Positions 8,391 to 18,588 of a DNA stretch of 64,000 bases are shown piece after piece; the stretch's first letter is position 1, and every line of letters starts with the position of its first letter. The stretch is from a virus: IMG/VR virus record IMGVR_UViG_3300031787_000005; one strand, 5' to 3'. The position numbers and the translations under genes are program-made. A model generated the notes under the pieces. The model did not search any database and was not told the DNA's origin. It saw only the letters and a program-made list of their open reading frames with translations.

Positions 8391-9782
8391 TCACATGAGG
8401 TTTGCAACCTTGACTCTTCTGTAGTAAACGTTTGAGTTTCTCTCCAGAACACCAGGATTGGTGAGGGTAGCACCTTTTGCGAATGGATTGGCAACAATTC
8501 CATAACGGGTCTTGAAGCCAATTTTTGGCTGGAAGGTGTTCTCGCCAACGGCACGTACCATCTGTAGAGGTACATATGGGCAGTAGAAGATACCAGCGTC
8601 ATAAGGTGAAGAACCCTTGTAACCAACAACGTAGTACTGGTTAGCTGAAACGTTAGCAGCGTATGGGTCGATGTATACGCGGAACTTACCAGCAAGAACA
8701 CCAGCGAAGGTGTTACCAGTGTCATCAACGTTGAGGTTAGCGTTGAGTGCAGGGGTGTAGTCAAGAACACCAGCCATGGTCAGTGCTGAAGCAACGTCTG
8801 CAGAGCACATGATCATGTTGCCCTTCCCTCTACGAGTTCTTTGTGCGATTGCGTTGGCATCGCGCTCGATTTGGAAGATTAGACCCTTGAACTTCTCAAC
8901 TGACCAACGACCATTGGAGTCAACGTCGAGGTCGAAGGTACCAGCGGTTGCGGTGTTAACGGTAGCACCCGTTTCTGCAACGTTATAGATGGTACGAATA
9001 ACTTCGCGGTTGATTTCAGCAAGAATCTCGCTTGAAAGAATGTTAGCGAGTTCTGCTTCTGCATTCAGACCATGAATTGCCTTCAGGTCTTGTGCAAGCT
9101 CAAGGCTGTACTCTGCCTTCAGAGCACGTGACTTAGCGGTAACGGTGACTTTCTCGATCGAGAATGCCATCTCGTTGAATGCACCACCAGCCTGAGTGCC
9201 GAGATCTTCTGCGTCATCGGTACGCATACCTTGACCTACGTTGTAGGTAGTACCGGTTGCGCTAGCGATTGGGTTGAGCAGACCAGGATTGGTTCCTTGC
9301 TGAGCAGTGGTACCAAGACCAACAGCAGAATCGGTGAATCCATCGGTAAGACCCAGAGCAGCATTCTGACCAGAGAATGCGGTATCTACTTCGTTGTAGA
9401 ATGCTTCGGATCCAGATTGGTTGGTGTAACGTGAACGCATCGCAAAGATGAGTCCAGTTGGTCCGTTCATTGGTTGAACACCTGCGAGGTCATAAGCGAC
9501 CAGGTTAGGCATTGAACGACGGATCAGGCTGATTAGAACAGGGTCAAAACCAGCTACAGGTGATGAAGCACCACCACTGAAACCAGGGGTTCCAGTTGTT
9601 TGAGTATTTACGGTTGGAGCTTCGTATAGAAACTCACGCTCTTCACGAAGAGCTCTTTCTTGGTTCTCCAGGAGAACGGCAGTTACCATTCTACGATGTG
9701 AATCTTTGATTGGATCAAGACCTTCGTAGTCTAGGAGTGGTGCCCACTTCTCCTGCAGATGTTCTTGGTTGAACATTTGCAT
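8391..9782 (-). CDS. gp23: Major capsid protein
   Basis: FDPVLISLIRRSMPNL, QPMNGPTGLIFAMR, KSRALKAEY, YCPYVPL, FQPKIGFKTRYG. Confidence 0.99.
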   Translation of the reverse strand: MQMFNQEHLQEKWAPLLDYEGLDPIKDSHRRMVTAVLLENQERALREEREFLYEAPTVNTQTTGTPGFSGGASSPVAGFDPVLISLIRRSMPNLVAYDLAGVQPMNGPTGLIFAMRSRYTNQSGSEAFYNEVDTAFSGQNAALGLTDGFTDSAVGLGTTAQQGTNPGLLNPIASATGTTYNVGQGMRTDDAEDLGTQAGGAFNEMAFSIEKVTVTAKSRALKAEYSLELAQDLKAIHGLNAEAELANILSSEILAEINREVIRTIYNVAETGATVNTATAGTFDLDVDSNGRWSVEKFKGLIFQIERDANAIAQRTRRGKGNMIMCSADVASALTMAGVLDYTPALNANLNVDDTGNTFAGVLAGKFRVYIDPYAANVSANQYYVVGYKGSSPYDAGIFYCPYVPLQMVRAVGENTFQPKIGFKTRYGIVANPFAKGATLTNPGVLERNSNVYYRRVKVANLM

Positions 9783-9829
9783 TGTTTTTACCTCTTTGGA
9801 AAATTTAGTTTGAACTTATAATCTAAAAA

Positions 9830-10996
9830 TCACTTTTTAGAAACTCTATTCAGAGTCTGAAGATATGACTCCATCAGACCAGAAACTGGAGCTGATTGAT
9901 CAGTTGTTCCTTCAGAGATGTTCTCTGAATGATCTCTTTGAGTACCAGTTTTTGATGGGAAATACGATTCCCTCAATGTTACTAGCTTCTCACGATAGTC
10001 TGCCTCACTTTCAAACTCAACATTTTCGGCAAGAGAAGCGAGTTTGTCCTTCTGAGAAAGTGCAAGACCCTCAGTGACTTCTGCAAAGATTACATCAGCA
10101 ACTGACTCGGCTAATCTCCTATTAAGAGCAACATTTCTTTGAATTTGCTCGTTGAGTTTTTCTTCCATTTCATCAAGTTTATCTACCATGCTCTCGATTA
10201 CATCATATCTATCTTCAGGGATTGTTACATAATGATCTTCAAAAAGACCCTTCATTCCTTGTAGGAATGATTCGGTCATTTCAGTCTTAAGACCGTGCTC
10301 AACTGCGAGTTCGTTCTCTTGAATCCACTCATCAGCAACATACTCAAGGTATGCATCAAGTCTACCGGTTAACTCTTCTCTAATTGATTGAACTTGCTCA
10401 ACTAGAGACTCTTCATATGAAGATTGAAGTTGCTCTTTGATTTCAGCAACTCTTGTTTTGATTGCTGCTTCAAAGATAGTGCGTGCTTTCTCTTGGAATT
10501 CTTCGGAAAGCTCTTCACCTTCGAGGAGAGCATTGACATCTTCTTCGATGTCAAACTCTTCCTTCATTTCATCCTCATCTTCTTCTTCTTCTTCTTTTTT
10601 GGCTTTTTTCTTGCCTTTCTCTTCTTCTTTTTCGTCTTCGTCGGCAGCCTCAGCGACTACTTCCTCATCTGCTTCTAGTTCTTCTTCATCAACTAGTTCT
10701 TCCTCTTCGTCAGTCTCTTCCTTGACTGCTCCACCGGCAAGTTTTGCCATAGGATCAGCAGCCTTTGCACCCTTGTTGACTACATTCTTGACTTGAGCAA
10801 GAGTTTTGCCAGGAGTGCCAAGTTTCGCTGAGTCATCAGTTGACTTGTAATTTTCTGGAGTAGGACCGCCCAGATCTTCCCAACTTCCAGTTTGACCATC
10901 AGGAATACCTGTGGTTAACTTGTGCATTGGTTCGGCAGCTGCAGCCCCTTTGGTTACTACGTTTTCCATTTCTTGTAAATTTCTACCAACGGACAT
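9830..10996 (-). CDS. gp22: Prohead core scaffolding protein
   Basis: Acidic coiled-coil, EELSEEFQEKARTIFEAA, YLEYVADEW; between gp21 and gp23; TAAATA at 11023-11028. Confidence 0.9.
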   Translation of the reverse strand: MSVGRNLQEMENVVTKGAAAAEPMHKLTTGIPDGQTGSWEDLGGPTPENYKSTDDSAKLGTPGKTLAQVKNVVNKGAKAADPMAKLAGGAVKEETDEEEELVDEEELEADEEVVAEAADEDEKEEEKGKKKAKKEEEEEDEDEMKEEFDIEEDVNALLEGEELSEEFQEKARTIFEAAIKTRVAEIKEQLQSSYEESLVEQVQSIREELTGRLDAYLEYVADEWIQENELAVEHGLKTEMTESFLQGMKGLFEDHYVTIPEDRYDVIESMVDKLDEMEEKLNEQIQRNVALNRRLAESVADVIFAEVTEGLALSQKDKLASLAENVEFESEADYREKLVTLRESYFPSKTGTQRDHSENISEGTTDQSAPVSGLMESYLQTLNRVSKK

Positions 10997-11036
10997 TTGT
11001 TTAGATATTTAGATATAATCTATATTTATTTATAAA

Positions 11037-11687
11037 TTATAGATTTGAAAGGAACTCATTAAATAAATTTAACTTATGCTCTTCAAGTCTTTTTTGGTCG
11101 ATAAGAGTATTAATTCTTCTTTGAGTTTTTTCTGCGAGTTGTTCACGAAGAATTCCTCCTTCCCAAACCCACTCTTTACCTTCCATAATTCCTGAAACAA
11201 AAGCATCAGGTGCAGAAGGATCGGCAACGATATCAGCAGCAGTTGCTAGCATGAAATCTTCGCCAACAATTTTATGACCCTCATTGGTCATCTTGAGTGA
11301 TCCAACACCACGAGAAGAAACACCTAAAGTTACACCCTCTTTAATCAGAGATTCTGCAATCTTACCCATTGGGGTCGATAAAATTTGTGCTTTGCCGATA
11401 AAGTTATTTCCCTCACAAGTGAGAGAAACAATTTTATGTGAAACACGATCGAGGTTGACTGTTGGACCATCTGGGTGTCCAAGTTCACCAAGAGCACGAC
11501 CTTTTTGAATAAAGCTTTCATCATATCTCTTCACCTCACGGGAAAGAGTGTCCATAGGATACATTCTTCCATTTCTGTTAGTAATGTTTCCCTGAAGGAA
11601 TACGCCTTCAATGTAGCACTTTTTAGCAGAACCTTTGCCTTCTACAATAAATTCTACTTTTTGAATTTCTTCTGTGATGAGTTTCAT
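11037..11687 (-). CDS. gp21: Prohead protease
   Basis: MKLITE, NRNGRMYP, ALGELGHP, GVSSRGVGS, DIVADPSAPDAFV. Confidence 0.97.
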   Translation of the reverse strand: MKLITEEIQKVEFIVEGKGSAKKCYIEGVFLQGNITNRNGRMYPMDTLSREVKRYDESFIQKGRALGELGHPDGPTVNLDRVSHKIVSLTCEGNNFIGKAQILSTPMGKIAESLIKEGVTLGVSSRGVGSLKMTNEGHKIVGEDFMLATAADIVADPSAPDAFVSGIMEGKEWVWEGGILREQLAEKTQRRINTLIDQKRLEEHKLNLFNEFLSNL

Positions 11688-11688
11688 T

Positions 11689-11955
11689 TTAGTTTGTGAA
11701 CGCTACTTTATTTGCTTTGATTGCAGATGTTGACCAAATAACGTCGGATGCTGATTTTGCTAAAAATTCAACAGATCCAGCTGGAATTTCAAAATAATTA
11801 GTTGATGCTGCTCCAACTAAGGTACTCACACCAACTGTTACAATTCCTGCAGTATTGTTATACAACCGAACGCAAGTTGCATCACTAATGCTAGTGGCTG
11901 CACCGGCAGTTGCTCCAGTATTTACTTGCGTCGCTACGATTTTCGTGATCATCAT
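11689..11955 (-). CDS. Small hypothetical late protein between gp20 and gp21
   Basis: ORF track; translationally coupled to its neighbours. Confidence 0.7.
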   Translation of the reverse strand: MMITKIVATQVNTGATAGAATSISDATCVRLYNNTAGIVTVGVSTLVGAASTNYFEIPAGSVEFLAKSASDVIWSTSAIKANKVAFTN

Positions 11956-12128
11956 TCTTCCTCGGATTCTTCTTCAGATGATTCATTTTCACCAAACATT
12001 GCTGATGCGACAACAGGACGGAGTGAATCAACTCTCTCCGCTGCTTTTGCAAATAGAACTTCTTTAATCCTGTCAGAAATATCTGAAGGTGAAGCATCCG
12101 TTGCAATCAAATCGATGACATCTTCCAT
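11952..12128 (-). CDS. Small acidic protein, 58 aa (MEDVIDLIATDASPSDISDRIKEVLFAKAAERV...), syntenic with T4 prohead core genes 67/68
   Basis: Hand-translated; late promoter TAAATA at 12154-12159; below the track length cutoff. Confidence 0.7.
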   Translation of the reverse strand: MEDVIDLIATDASPSDISDRIKEVLFAKAAERVDSLRPVVASAMFGENESSEEESEEE

Positions 12129-12156
12129 AAAAATTTTAATATAGTTATACGACTAT

Positions 12157-13833
12157 TTATATCTCAGCCTTTTTGGTATCTTTTTGTACCTGAGCATCAG
12201 TGATTCCAGCATCCTTATTTACATCTGGTTCTTGAGGAACATCACCCATTAAACCGGGGTCTCCTCCTGCTGGAATGGGTGCTCCAGTTATTGGATCAAC
12301 TGCATTTGGATCTGGAATGATGCCATCTTTAATTTCTTTCTTGATTCGCTCATCAATTTCGATGATTTCAGAATCAGTTTGACGTAGAACTTTTCTACGA
12401 ACATAGTCCACTGAGAAATATTTGCCAATATATGGTTCCATTGTTGCGAGAAGACCTAGGCGATCATTCATTAATTCGCTTTCTTTTAGTTCCGCAAACT
12501 GGTTATCATACAAGAAATCATATTGAATATGATCGCTAATAACTTCCCAATCCTCAGGAGTGACAATATTTTTGAGAATCAATTGCGTTCTCAACATGTC
12601 ATTAAAAAGATTAGCAAAACGCTTTCTTAAACGTCCAACAAATTTAGAGAATTTTAATTCATCGCGGAGAATCTCTGATGATCGTCCAAGATTAAAACCA
12701 CCATCATTAGCAATTCTAGACTCTGGAACGCCAAGTGCTCTATAAAGTTTTTTCTGAAAATATTCTACGTCAGATAATTCTCCAAGATTTTGTCCACCAG
12801 GAAGAGTTGTGATTTCAGTTCCTCTACCACCTTCTCTTCTAGGAAGCCAGAAGTCTTCAAGCATACTCATATATTTGCGATCATCTCTGACCTCACCAGT
12901 ACTTGCATCGTAAACTAATTTGTTACGATAGCGACTCATTACTTCACGAAGGTATTGCTCCGCTTTTACTTTAGGAAGATTACCCACATCAATGTAGAAA
13001 ATTCTTCTTTCTGGTGCTCTCGATAATCTGTAAATAACAAGAGAATCCTCAATCATTCTTAATTGATTGAGGGCTTTAATTGCTTTATGAAGGTATGAAA
13101 GTACAGTTCCTTTATTCCTATCAATTAATCCAGAACTGCAATATGTAACTGAATCTTTTGCAATTTTGACAGAACCTTTGGAGTTTGATCCACCAGCAAT
13201 CATACCCACTGGATATTGTGGTGTAGGTGTATACAGAAAATACTCTTCAAAATCTGGTTGATAAATTGATTTTGGATCTCTAGAAGAATCTAGAGCATTG
13301 CTGATTGGAATCTTATTTTGTTTTTTCTCTTGACGCACATACTTAATTTTCATGGGATCAATATACCTAACTTCTTTGATCCCATCCTGTGGTTTATTGA
13401 CATCAATAACTTTCAGATAAAAAAGTCTACCATCGACGTACCAGTTTCTGAACATCTCATGGCATTTTTTATCAAAGTCCAAAATTTCTTTGATATATTT
13501 AAATTCTTCTCTTATTTTTGATTTTAACTTATCACTTGCATTTACATTTGATAGTTCGATTTCAACTGGTGAATCATAAAGATCACTTACAATTGCTTCA
13601 TTAACAACATCTTCAATGGCATTATCACACTCTGGGTGTAATGCCATTTCTCTGTATCTTTTGATTAGATCGTGTTCTGTTCTATAGACTCCTTCAATGT
13701 CTACATATTGTCCATAAAAACCACTAGCAATATAATTATCAACCCCGTCCTCATTGGTTTGAGGAACGGGGGACATTACAGATTTAGGATTTTTTTGGGA
13801 GTCTTCAATAGAAAATCCAAAAAGTTTTGCCAT
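12157..13833 (-). CDS. gp20: Portal vertex protein
   Basis: MAKLFGFSI, IYRLSRAPERRIFYIDVGNLPK, EDFWLPRREGGRGTEITTLPGG; TAAATA at 13861-13866. Confidence 0.98.
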   Translation of the reverse strand: MAKLFGFSIEDSQKNPKSVMSPVPQTNEDGVDNYIASGFYGQYVDIEGVYRTEHDLIKRYREMALHPECDNAIEDVVNEAIVSDLYDSPVEIELSNVNASDKLKSKIREEFKYIKEILDFDKKCHEMFRNWYVDGRLFYLKVIDVNKPQDGIKEVRYIDPMKIKYVRQEKKQNKIPISNALDSSRDPKSIYQPDFEEYFLYTPTPQYPVGMIAGGSNSKGSVKIAKDSVTYCSSGLIDRNKGTVLSYLHKAIKALNQLRMIEDSLVIYRLSRAPERRIFYIDVGNLPKVKAEQYLREVMSRYRNKLVYDASTGEVRDDRKYMSMLEDFWLPRREGGRGTEITTLPGGQNLGELSDVEYFQKKLYRALGVPESRIANDGGFNLGRSSEILRDELKFSKFVGRLRKRFANLFNDMLRTQLILKNIVTPEDWEVISDHIQYDFLYDNQFAELKESELMNDRLGLLATMEPYIGKYFSVDYVRRKVLRQTDSEIIEIDERIKKEIKDGIIPDPNAVDPITGAPIPAGGDPGLMGDVPQEPDVNKDAGITDAQVQKDTKKAEI

Positions 13834-13866
13834 CTTATAAATTAGAACCGTTTATTCTACTATTTA

Positions 13867-14436
13867 TCAGTTAATATCTGTGCCACCTGCAGCAGGACTA
13901 TCTCCAACAAGTGCTTCCCACCACTGAACTTGGAATTCTACTGTAAATTCCTCAATGGTATCTGTGGTGTCATAAGACACATCAATTTGAGAAACATTGG
14001 TTGGGAAAATATCGTAGAACTTGTATCTTCTCAATACTGATCCGTCACGATCAAGTTGAGCAACTTCGGCTGGGGCAACATATGATGTTGGATCGGTTAA
14101 ACCTTCAGCAGTTTGAACATTATTAATTTGGTTCATCCAGTTCTCAAATGCACTTCTTAATTCAAAGTTAGTGTCATTCAGAACTGTAACTGTCCATGTA
14201 TCAAATGTTCTGTCACCAGCAACTTTAAGAGTTCTACCTCTAAAGTTTACATCGATTGGTGTAACGTTTGATGCTGGGAGAGCGGCAGACTTAACCAAAA
14301 AGTTTGTGATGTCATTGTTAGCACCTGATGGTCCACCTATTAGGGATGGAAATCCAATGTTAACTTCAAAGAGATTGCTTCTGGCACCACCGCCTCTTAG
14401 CCTAGCTTTAAAATCTGAAATTGTTCTTAATGCCAT
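13867..14436 (-). CDS. gp19: Tail tube protein
   Basis: GGARSNLFEV, FRGRTLKVAGDRTFDTWTVTVLND, IEEFTVEFQVQWW. Confidence 0.96.
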   Translation of the reverse strand: MALRTISDFKARLRGGGARSNLFEVNIGFPSLIGGPSGANNDITNFLVKSAALPASNVTPIDVNFRGRTLKVAGDRTFDTWTVTVLNDTNFELRSAFENWMNQINNVQTAEGLTDPTSYVAPAEVAQLDRDGSVLRRYKFYDIFPTNVSQIDVSYDTTDTIEEFTVEFQVQWWEALVGDSPAAGGTDIN

Positions 14437-14454
14437 TGTTAGATACCTCTAAAA

Positions 14455-16623
14455 TTAAACGGTTCCAATGATTTCTTCGAATGAGACACCAGATCTGGTG
14501 GCAATGAATGTTAGACCAATAAAGTTGATTGATCTTGCTGGTTTGATAAAGATATCAGCAACAAATTCATTGTTGTCGATCACAGCAGCAGTATTATTTG
14601 TTTCATCACAAATCAGTCTGTACTCTTGGATTCCTCTCTTCGCTTGAACATCACGTAGGAAAGGATCTACAATATTTACAAAGTTTGCTCTCGTAGTTGC
14701 ATCGTTAAATTCAAATAGTTGATCTTTTGCAGCAGCCGAGATTGCATCTTCGAGATAGATGAAGAGTCTGCGAACGTTGATTCTATCAAATGCAGATGAT
14801 TTTGCGAGTGCAGTCTTATCGCCAAATAGTACAATTCCAGCACCAGGTGAGAAGATTACTGAGTTAACTCTGTTTGAATAGAGTTTGTCTCTCTGAGACT
14901 TGCTTGGATTATATGCAAGTTTAACCGCATTTAAGATAGCACCTCTTGAAGTTCCTGCAGGTGAGAACCATGGGAAGTTATTTGCGTCATTTCTAGCGCA
15001 TAAACCAGCGATGTCTCCATTAATTGGTACATATCTGAAAGTATCTGCGAATTTATCGTACATGTACTTATATCCGCTATCAAACACTGCATATGATGAG
15101 GATGCTACTGGTGAATAGAAACTAATTACGTTTGTTGTGATTGTTTCTGGTGCGTTTACTGTTACGGTACCCACTGAAGTATCGTTTAAGAAACCTAATC
15201 TATATGGTGAGATGAATGCGATAGCATCCTTTCTTAATTCAGCAACCGAAATAAGTTTATTTGCGATTGCCTGGCAGGTTTCTTTGGCATAATTTGCAGA
15301 TCCCATTAGGAGATAATCAACATTATATTGCTCAGTATTTTCAAATAACTCATATCCAGTGACAATGTTTGCTAAAGTGGCAGTCATTGCTCCAGATGTG
15401 GAAATCGTAGATGCTCCGTTATAATCCTTGCCACCATCTAATGAATATGATGCATTACCAACACATGCAAAAGTAACATTTGTCGAAGCTTGATCCCAAC
15501 CACCATTCGCTAAAGGAGTTAGTGTATTTGCAGCAAATCCTGTGGTTGTTAATCCAGAAGGAGCTCCGCCAGCATAAATGTAATTTGATCCCGTTGCAAT
15601 ATACTTTCTCCAATAAGAAGAACTACCTACAGAGAATTCTGAATCTTTTGCTTTTGAAAGTCCAATATGCTTCTCTAAGATACTACCAGCATTTCCAGTG
15701 ATAGTGCCCTTATCATCAATTACAACAACATGAACTTCGTCAAATCTCGAATTTCTTTCTGTAGCGTACTCAGAAGTTGCTGGTCTATTTGCAAGATTAG
15801 TCCAGGATAGAGAAGATCCATTGGATAATGCAATTGTTTGTGCATCAAACCAATCAGCAGCTGAAGATGCAGTACGGCTTGTTACTAAACCTCCGGCTGT
15901 GCTAATTGCTACTGCAGTTCCTGAAGCAAATGTGTAAACACCAGATGGTTGATAATCAACTGGAGTTTCTGTTCCTGCAGTAGAAACATGGGCTAAAATC
16001 TTAACTGCAATTTGAGTTGTGCTTAATCCTGCAACAGCAGTTCCAACTCCCGTTATGATACCTTTTAAATGACCTGTTAAAGTTGTTGTGGTACCAGATC
16101 CTGGAACTACAGCAGATAATGCTTGGGTAATACCCATGCCAACTGTGATGTTTGCTGTGGTAACACCAAGAATTTGATCTGCAAATCCATCAATCAAGCA
16201 AACTTTAACTCCGTTTGCCCAAGATCCAGGATTACGTGATGCAAGAGTAACACCAGCAATTGTGCTATCTTCATAACCTAGATTGTAATACTCTTCAAGG
16301 TTACGAATCTTAATGCTGGATGCTGATCCTACAAAGGCATTCTTTAGATCTGTGCTATCTGCTCTAACAACTTGCAACGATCCACCATATGCAAGATATG
16401 ATGATGCAACCAACCAATGCTCATAATGCTTATCTGTTGACGCTGGTTCTCCGAAGTTGGCTAATAGATCGGACTCATTCTCTACTATTACTGGGAGATT
16501 GATTGGTCCTCTTGCAAATGGTGCAACGATTGCCCCAATACCATCTGCGGTTGGATCAATTCTACCAACAGTTAAATCAACCTCTCTTACTACAAGTCCA
16601 GGAGATGCTAAATTTAGCGGCAT
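14455..16623 (-). CDS. gp18: Tail sheath protein
   Basis: LASPGLVVREVD, WFSPAG, GDKT...SAFDRINVRRLF, IKPARSINFI; TAAATA at 16660-16665. Confidence 0.97.
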   Translation of the reverse strand: MPLNLASPGLVVREVDLTVGRIDPTADGIGAIVAPFARGPINLPVIVENESDLLANFGEPASTDKHYEHWLVASSYLAYGGSLQVVRADSTDLKNAFVGSASSIKIRNLEEYYNLGYEDSTIAGVTLASRNPGSWANGVKVCLIDGFADQILGVTTANITVGMGITQALSAVVPGSGTTTTLTGHLKGIITGVGTAVAGLSTTQIAVKILAHVSTAGTETPVDYQPSGVYTFASGTAVAISTAGGLVTSRTASSAADWFDAQTIALSNGSSLSWTNLANRPATSEYATERNSRFDEVHVVVIDDKGTITGNAGSILEKHIGLSKAKDSEFSVGSSSYWRKYIATGSNYIYAGGAPSGLTTTGFAANTLTPLANGGWDQASTNVTFACVGNASYSLDGGKDYNGASTISTSGAMTATLANIVTGYELFENTEQYNVDYLLMGSANYAKETCQAIANKLISVAELRKDAIAFISPYRLGFLNDTSVGTVTVNAPETITTNVISFYSPVASSSYAVFDSGYKYMYDKFADTFRYVPINGDIAGLCARNDANNFPWFSPAGTSRGAILNAVKLAYNPSKSQRDKLYSNRVNSVIFSPGAGIVLFGDKTALAKSSAFDRINVRRLFIYLEDAISAAAKDQLFEFNDATTRANFVNIVDPFLRDVQAKRGIQEYRLICDETNNTAAVIDNNEFVADIFIKPARSINFIGLTFIATRSGVSFEEIIGTV

Positions 16624-16706
16624 CTTTGTTCTCCGTCTAGTTCAGAATTATTCTAGAAATATTTATTAAAAAGGTTACTTTCATTGGGGAAATGATGCGT
16701 GAACAC

Positions 16707-16937
16707 TCACCAATCTGGATATTGATAGTCCAATGTATTTTCAACTTTATTTCTAGAACTTGTAATTCTTTCTATAGTGCAACTTTTGCACTCATATGAA
16801 TATGATGACGGAAGAGATCCTCTATCTTTTCTTGTTAGATAATAATCTTCAATCAAATTTTTTATTTTTCCACATACCCTACATTTCCTTTCAAAAAATA
16901 ATAAATGCTCTAATTCTAATTCTTTATCTAAATCCAT
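16707..16937 (-). CDS. Small C4 zinc-finger-like protein (CRVC...CKSC)
   Basis: Start at 16937 via TAATG overlap with the gp17 stop; two CxxC pairs. Confidence 0.65.
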   Translation of the reverse strand: MDLDKELELEHLLFFERKCRVCGKIKNLIEDYYLTRKDRGSLPSSYSYECKSCTIERITSSRNKVENTLDYQYPDW

Positions 16938-18583
16938 TAATGGTATTCCCACATGTATGATCTATCACCATATTCATCCGTATACCATCTATCACCAGAA
17001 TTATCTACAAAACTTTCCCCCCCATCAAGTCCATCAGCAATGAATCCAAATGGTGCCATGTCCTGTTCAATTTGATTTTTTTGTTCTTCATAAATTCTCT
17101 TACGAACATCATTGTCCGTCATTTCTTTAAAATAATCTTGAGCAACCAACCAAGAAAAGATAACAAGACACATTGCTAAGTCATCATTACATCCTTCTTC
17201 GGCTTCAAATGAATTATGCTTTTGTGCAAACGTAGTTAATTCTGCAATAATTTCGTAATCTACTGTAAGTAACTTATCATCTTCCAATAGAGTCTTTAAA
17301 TTCGAGCATCCCAACTTTTTAACTGCAGCAGTCATTCTGACTCCAAGTTGAGACTTTTTACCACTAAAACCTGAACCAACAATCTGACCTGCACGACCTC
17401 TCATTGCACACATCAGAACATTATCATACTCAAGATCAAAGTGAAGAATGCTTGCGACTTGATCTCCAATATCATTAACCTCAATTAATAACCAAGCATC
17501 ATTATATCCTTTTGCTACTTCATGAATTACACTTGGAAATAGCATCGGTTTAATTTCATTGTTTCTATACTTTGCTACAACTTTATATGGGAAGTTAGTA
17601 ATATCAAAAACAATAAATGCCGAATAGTCATTACCAAGTCCACGAGCAACGTCTACAGTGATTAGATAGTTATTTTCCTCTTTTGGGTGCTCATATACGT
17701 CTAATCCAGCATTTCGTTTAATTGGATCCTCATAAACTAAATTTCTGAGTTTTGATGGATTGATAAGAGTGTTAACTGATCCTAAAAATTCACACTCAAA
17801 CTCAACTTTGAACTGCTGTTCTGAGGTGTTAGCAATCGTCTGCTCCTTCCATGCAGTGTCCCTTCCGGGCACTTCTGACCAATGAACGTCTGTTGGTACA
17901 TATTCGTTCTTACCACGCTCTGAGTCGTGCCACATGCGGTAGAAGTGGTTCATACCCCGTGGCGTGGATACGATGATTACCTTCGTGCTTTGTCCAGAAG
18001 AAATAGTAGGATAAACAGAGGCAAAGAAGTCATCAGCAATGTGATTCGGGATGAAAGCGAACTCGTCAAGAAAGATGACATTATAGGATCCGCCTCGGAC
18101 AGCAGATGACGAAGTAGAGTTAGATGAAATTTTGGAGCCATTTTCTAATTCTAAAGATCCTTTGTTCCATGATATAATACCTTGTTGCATCCACTTAGGT
18201 AAATTTTCATAAGCAAGTTGTAATCTTTGAAGTAGATCTCTTGCCGTGGATGCTTTGTTTGCTAGAATAGCTATATTAACATTGTCGTTGAATACAGCAT
18301 AATGTAACAAATATGAAACACAAGTCGTAGATTTACCTGTCTGACGAGGCATCTTACAGATATTAAATCTATTCTCGTGGAAGTTCTTTACAAGTTTCTC
18401 TTGAAATGGATACATCTCAAAAGGAACCAGACCGTGATCCAGAGAAACGATCTTAATATAATTCTTTGCGAAATATACAGGGTCTTCTTTACATTTTAAG
18501 AACTCAATAATCTGTTCTTCTGTAAATTCAATTTGTGTATTTGCTTTTTTTAAATTCGGATTACCAAGATAAACTTCACTCAT
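16937..18583 (-). CDS. gp17: Terminase large subunit
   Basis: MPRQTGKST, IFLDEFAF, VSTPRG, TVDVARG, NDDLAM. Confidence 0.98.
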   Translation of the reverse strand: MSEVYLGNPNLKKANTQIEFTEEQIIEFLKCKEDPVYFAKNYIKIVSLDHGLVPFEMYPFQEKLVKNFHENRFNICKMPRQTGKSTTCVSYLLHYAVFNDNVNIAILANKASTARDLLQRLQLAYENLPKWMQQGIISWNKGSLELENGSKISSNSTSSSAVRGGSYNVIFLDEFAFIPNHIADDFFASVYPTISSGQSTKVIIVSTPRGMNHFYRMWHDSERGKNEYVPTDVHWSEVPGRDTAWKEQTIANTSEQQFKVEFECEFLGSVNTLINPSKLRNLVYEDPIKRNAGLDVYEHPKEENNYLITVDVARGLGNDYSAFIVFDITNFPYKVVAKYRNNEIKPMLFPSVIHEVAKGYNDAWLLIEVNDIGDQVASILHFDLEYDNVLMCAMRGRAGQIVGSGFSGKKSQLGVRMTAAVKKLGCSNLKTLLEDDKLLTVDYEIIAELTTFAQKHNSFEAEEGCNDDLAMCLVIFSWLVAQDYFKEMTDNDVRKRIYEEQKNQIEQDMAPFGFIADGLDGGESFVDNSGDRWYTDEYGDRSYMWEYH

Positions 18584-18588
18584 AAAAA

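Noticed and set aside
8321-8770. N-terminal extension of track ORF 8147..8770
   Set aside because: Out-of-frame overlap with gp23 that crosses its terminator; only 8147-8320 has a promoter and a plausible start.
10437-10796. Poly-Ser ORF and (TTC)n microsatellite
   Set aside because: Reverse complement of the Glu/Lys-rich tract of gp22.
8391-18583. Introns, inteins or homing endonucleases in gp23, gp20, gp18 and gp17
   Set aside because: ORFs are continuous and of ordinary length, with no LAGLIDADG, HNH or intein signatures seen.
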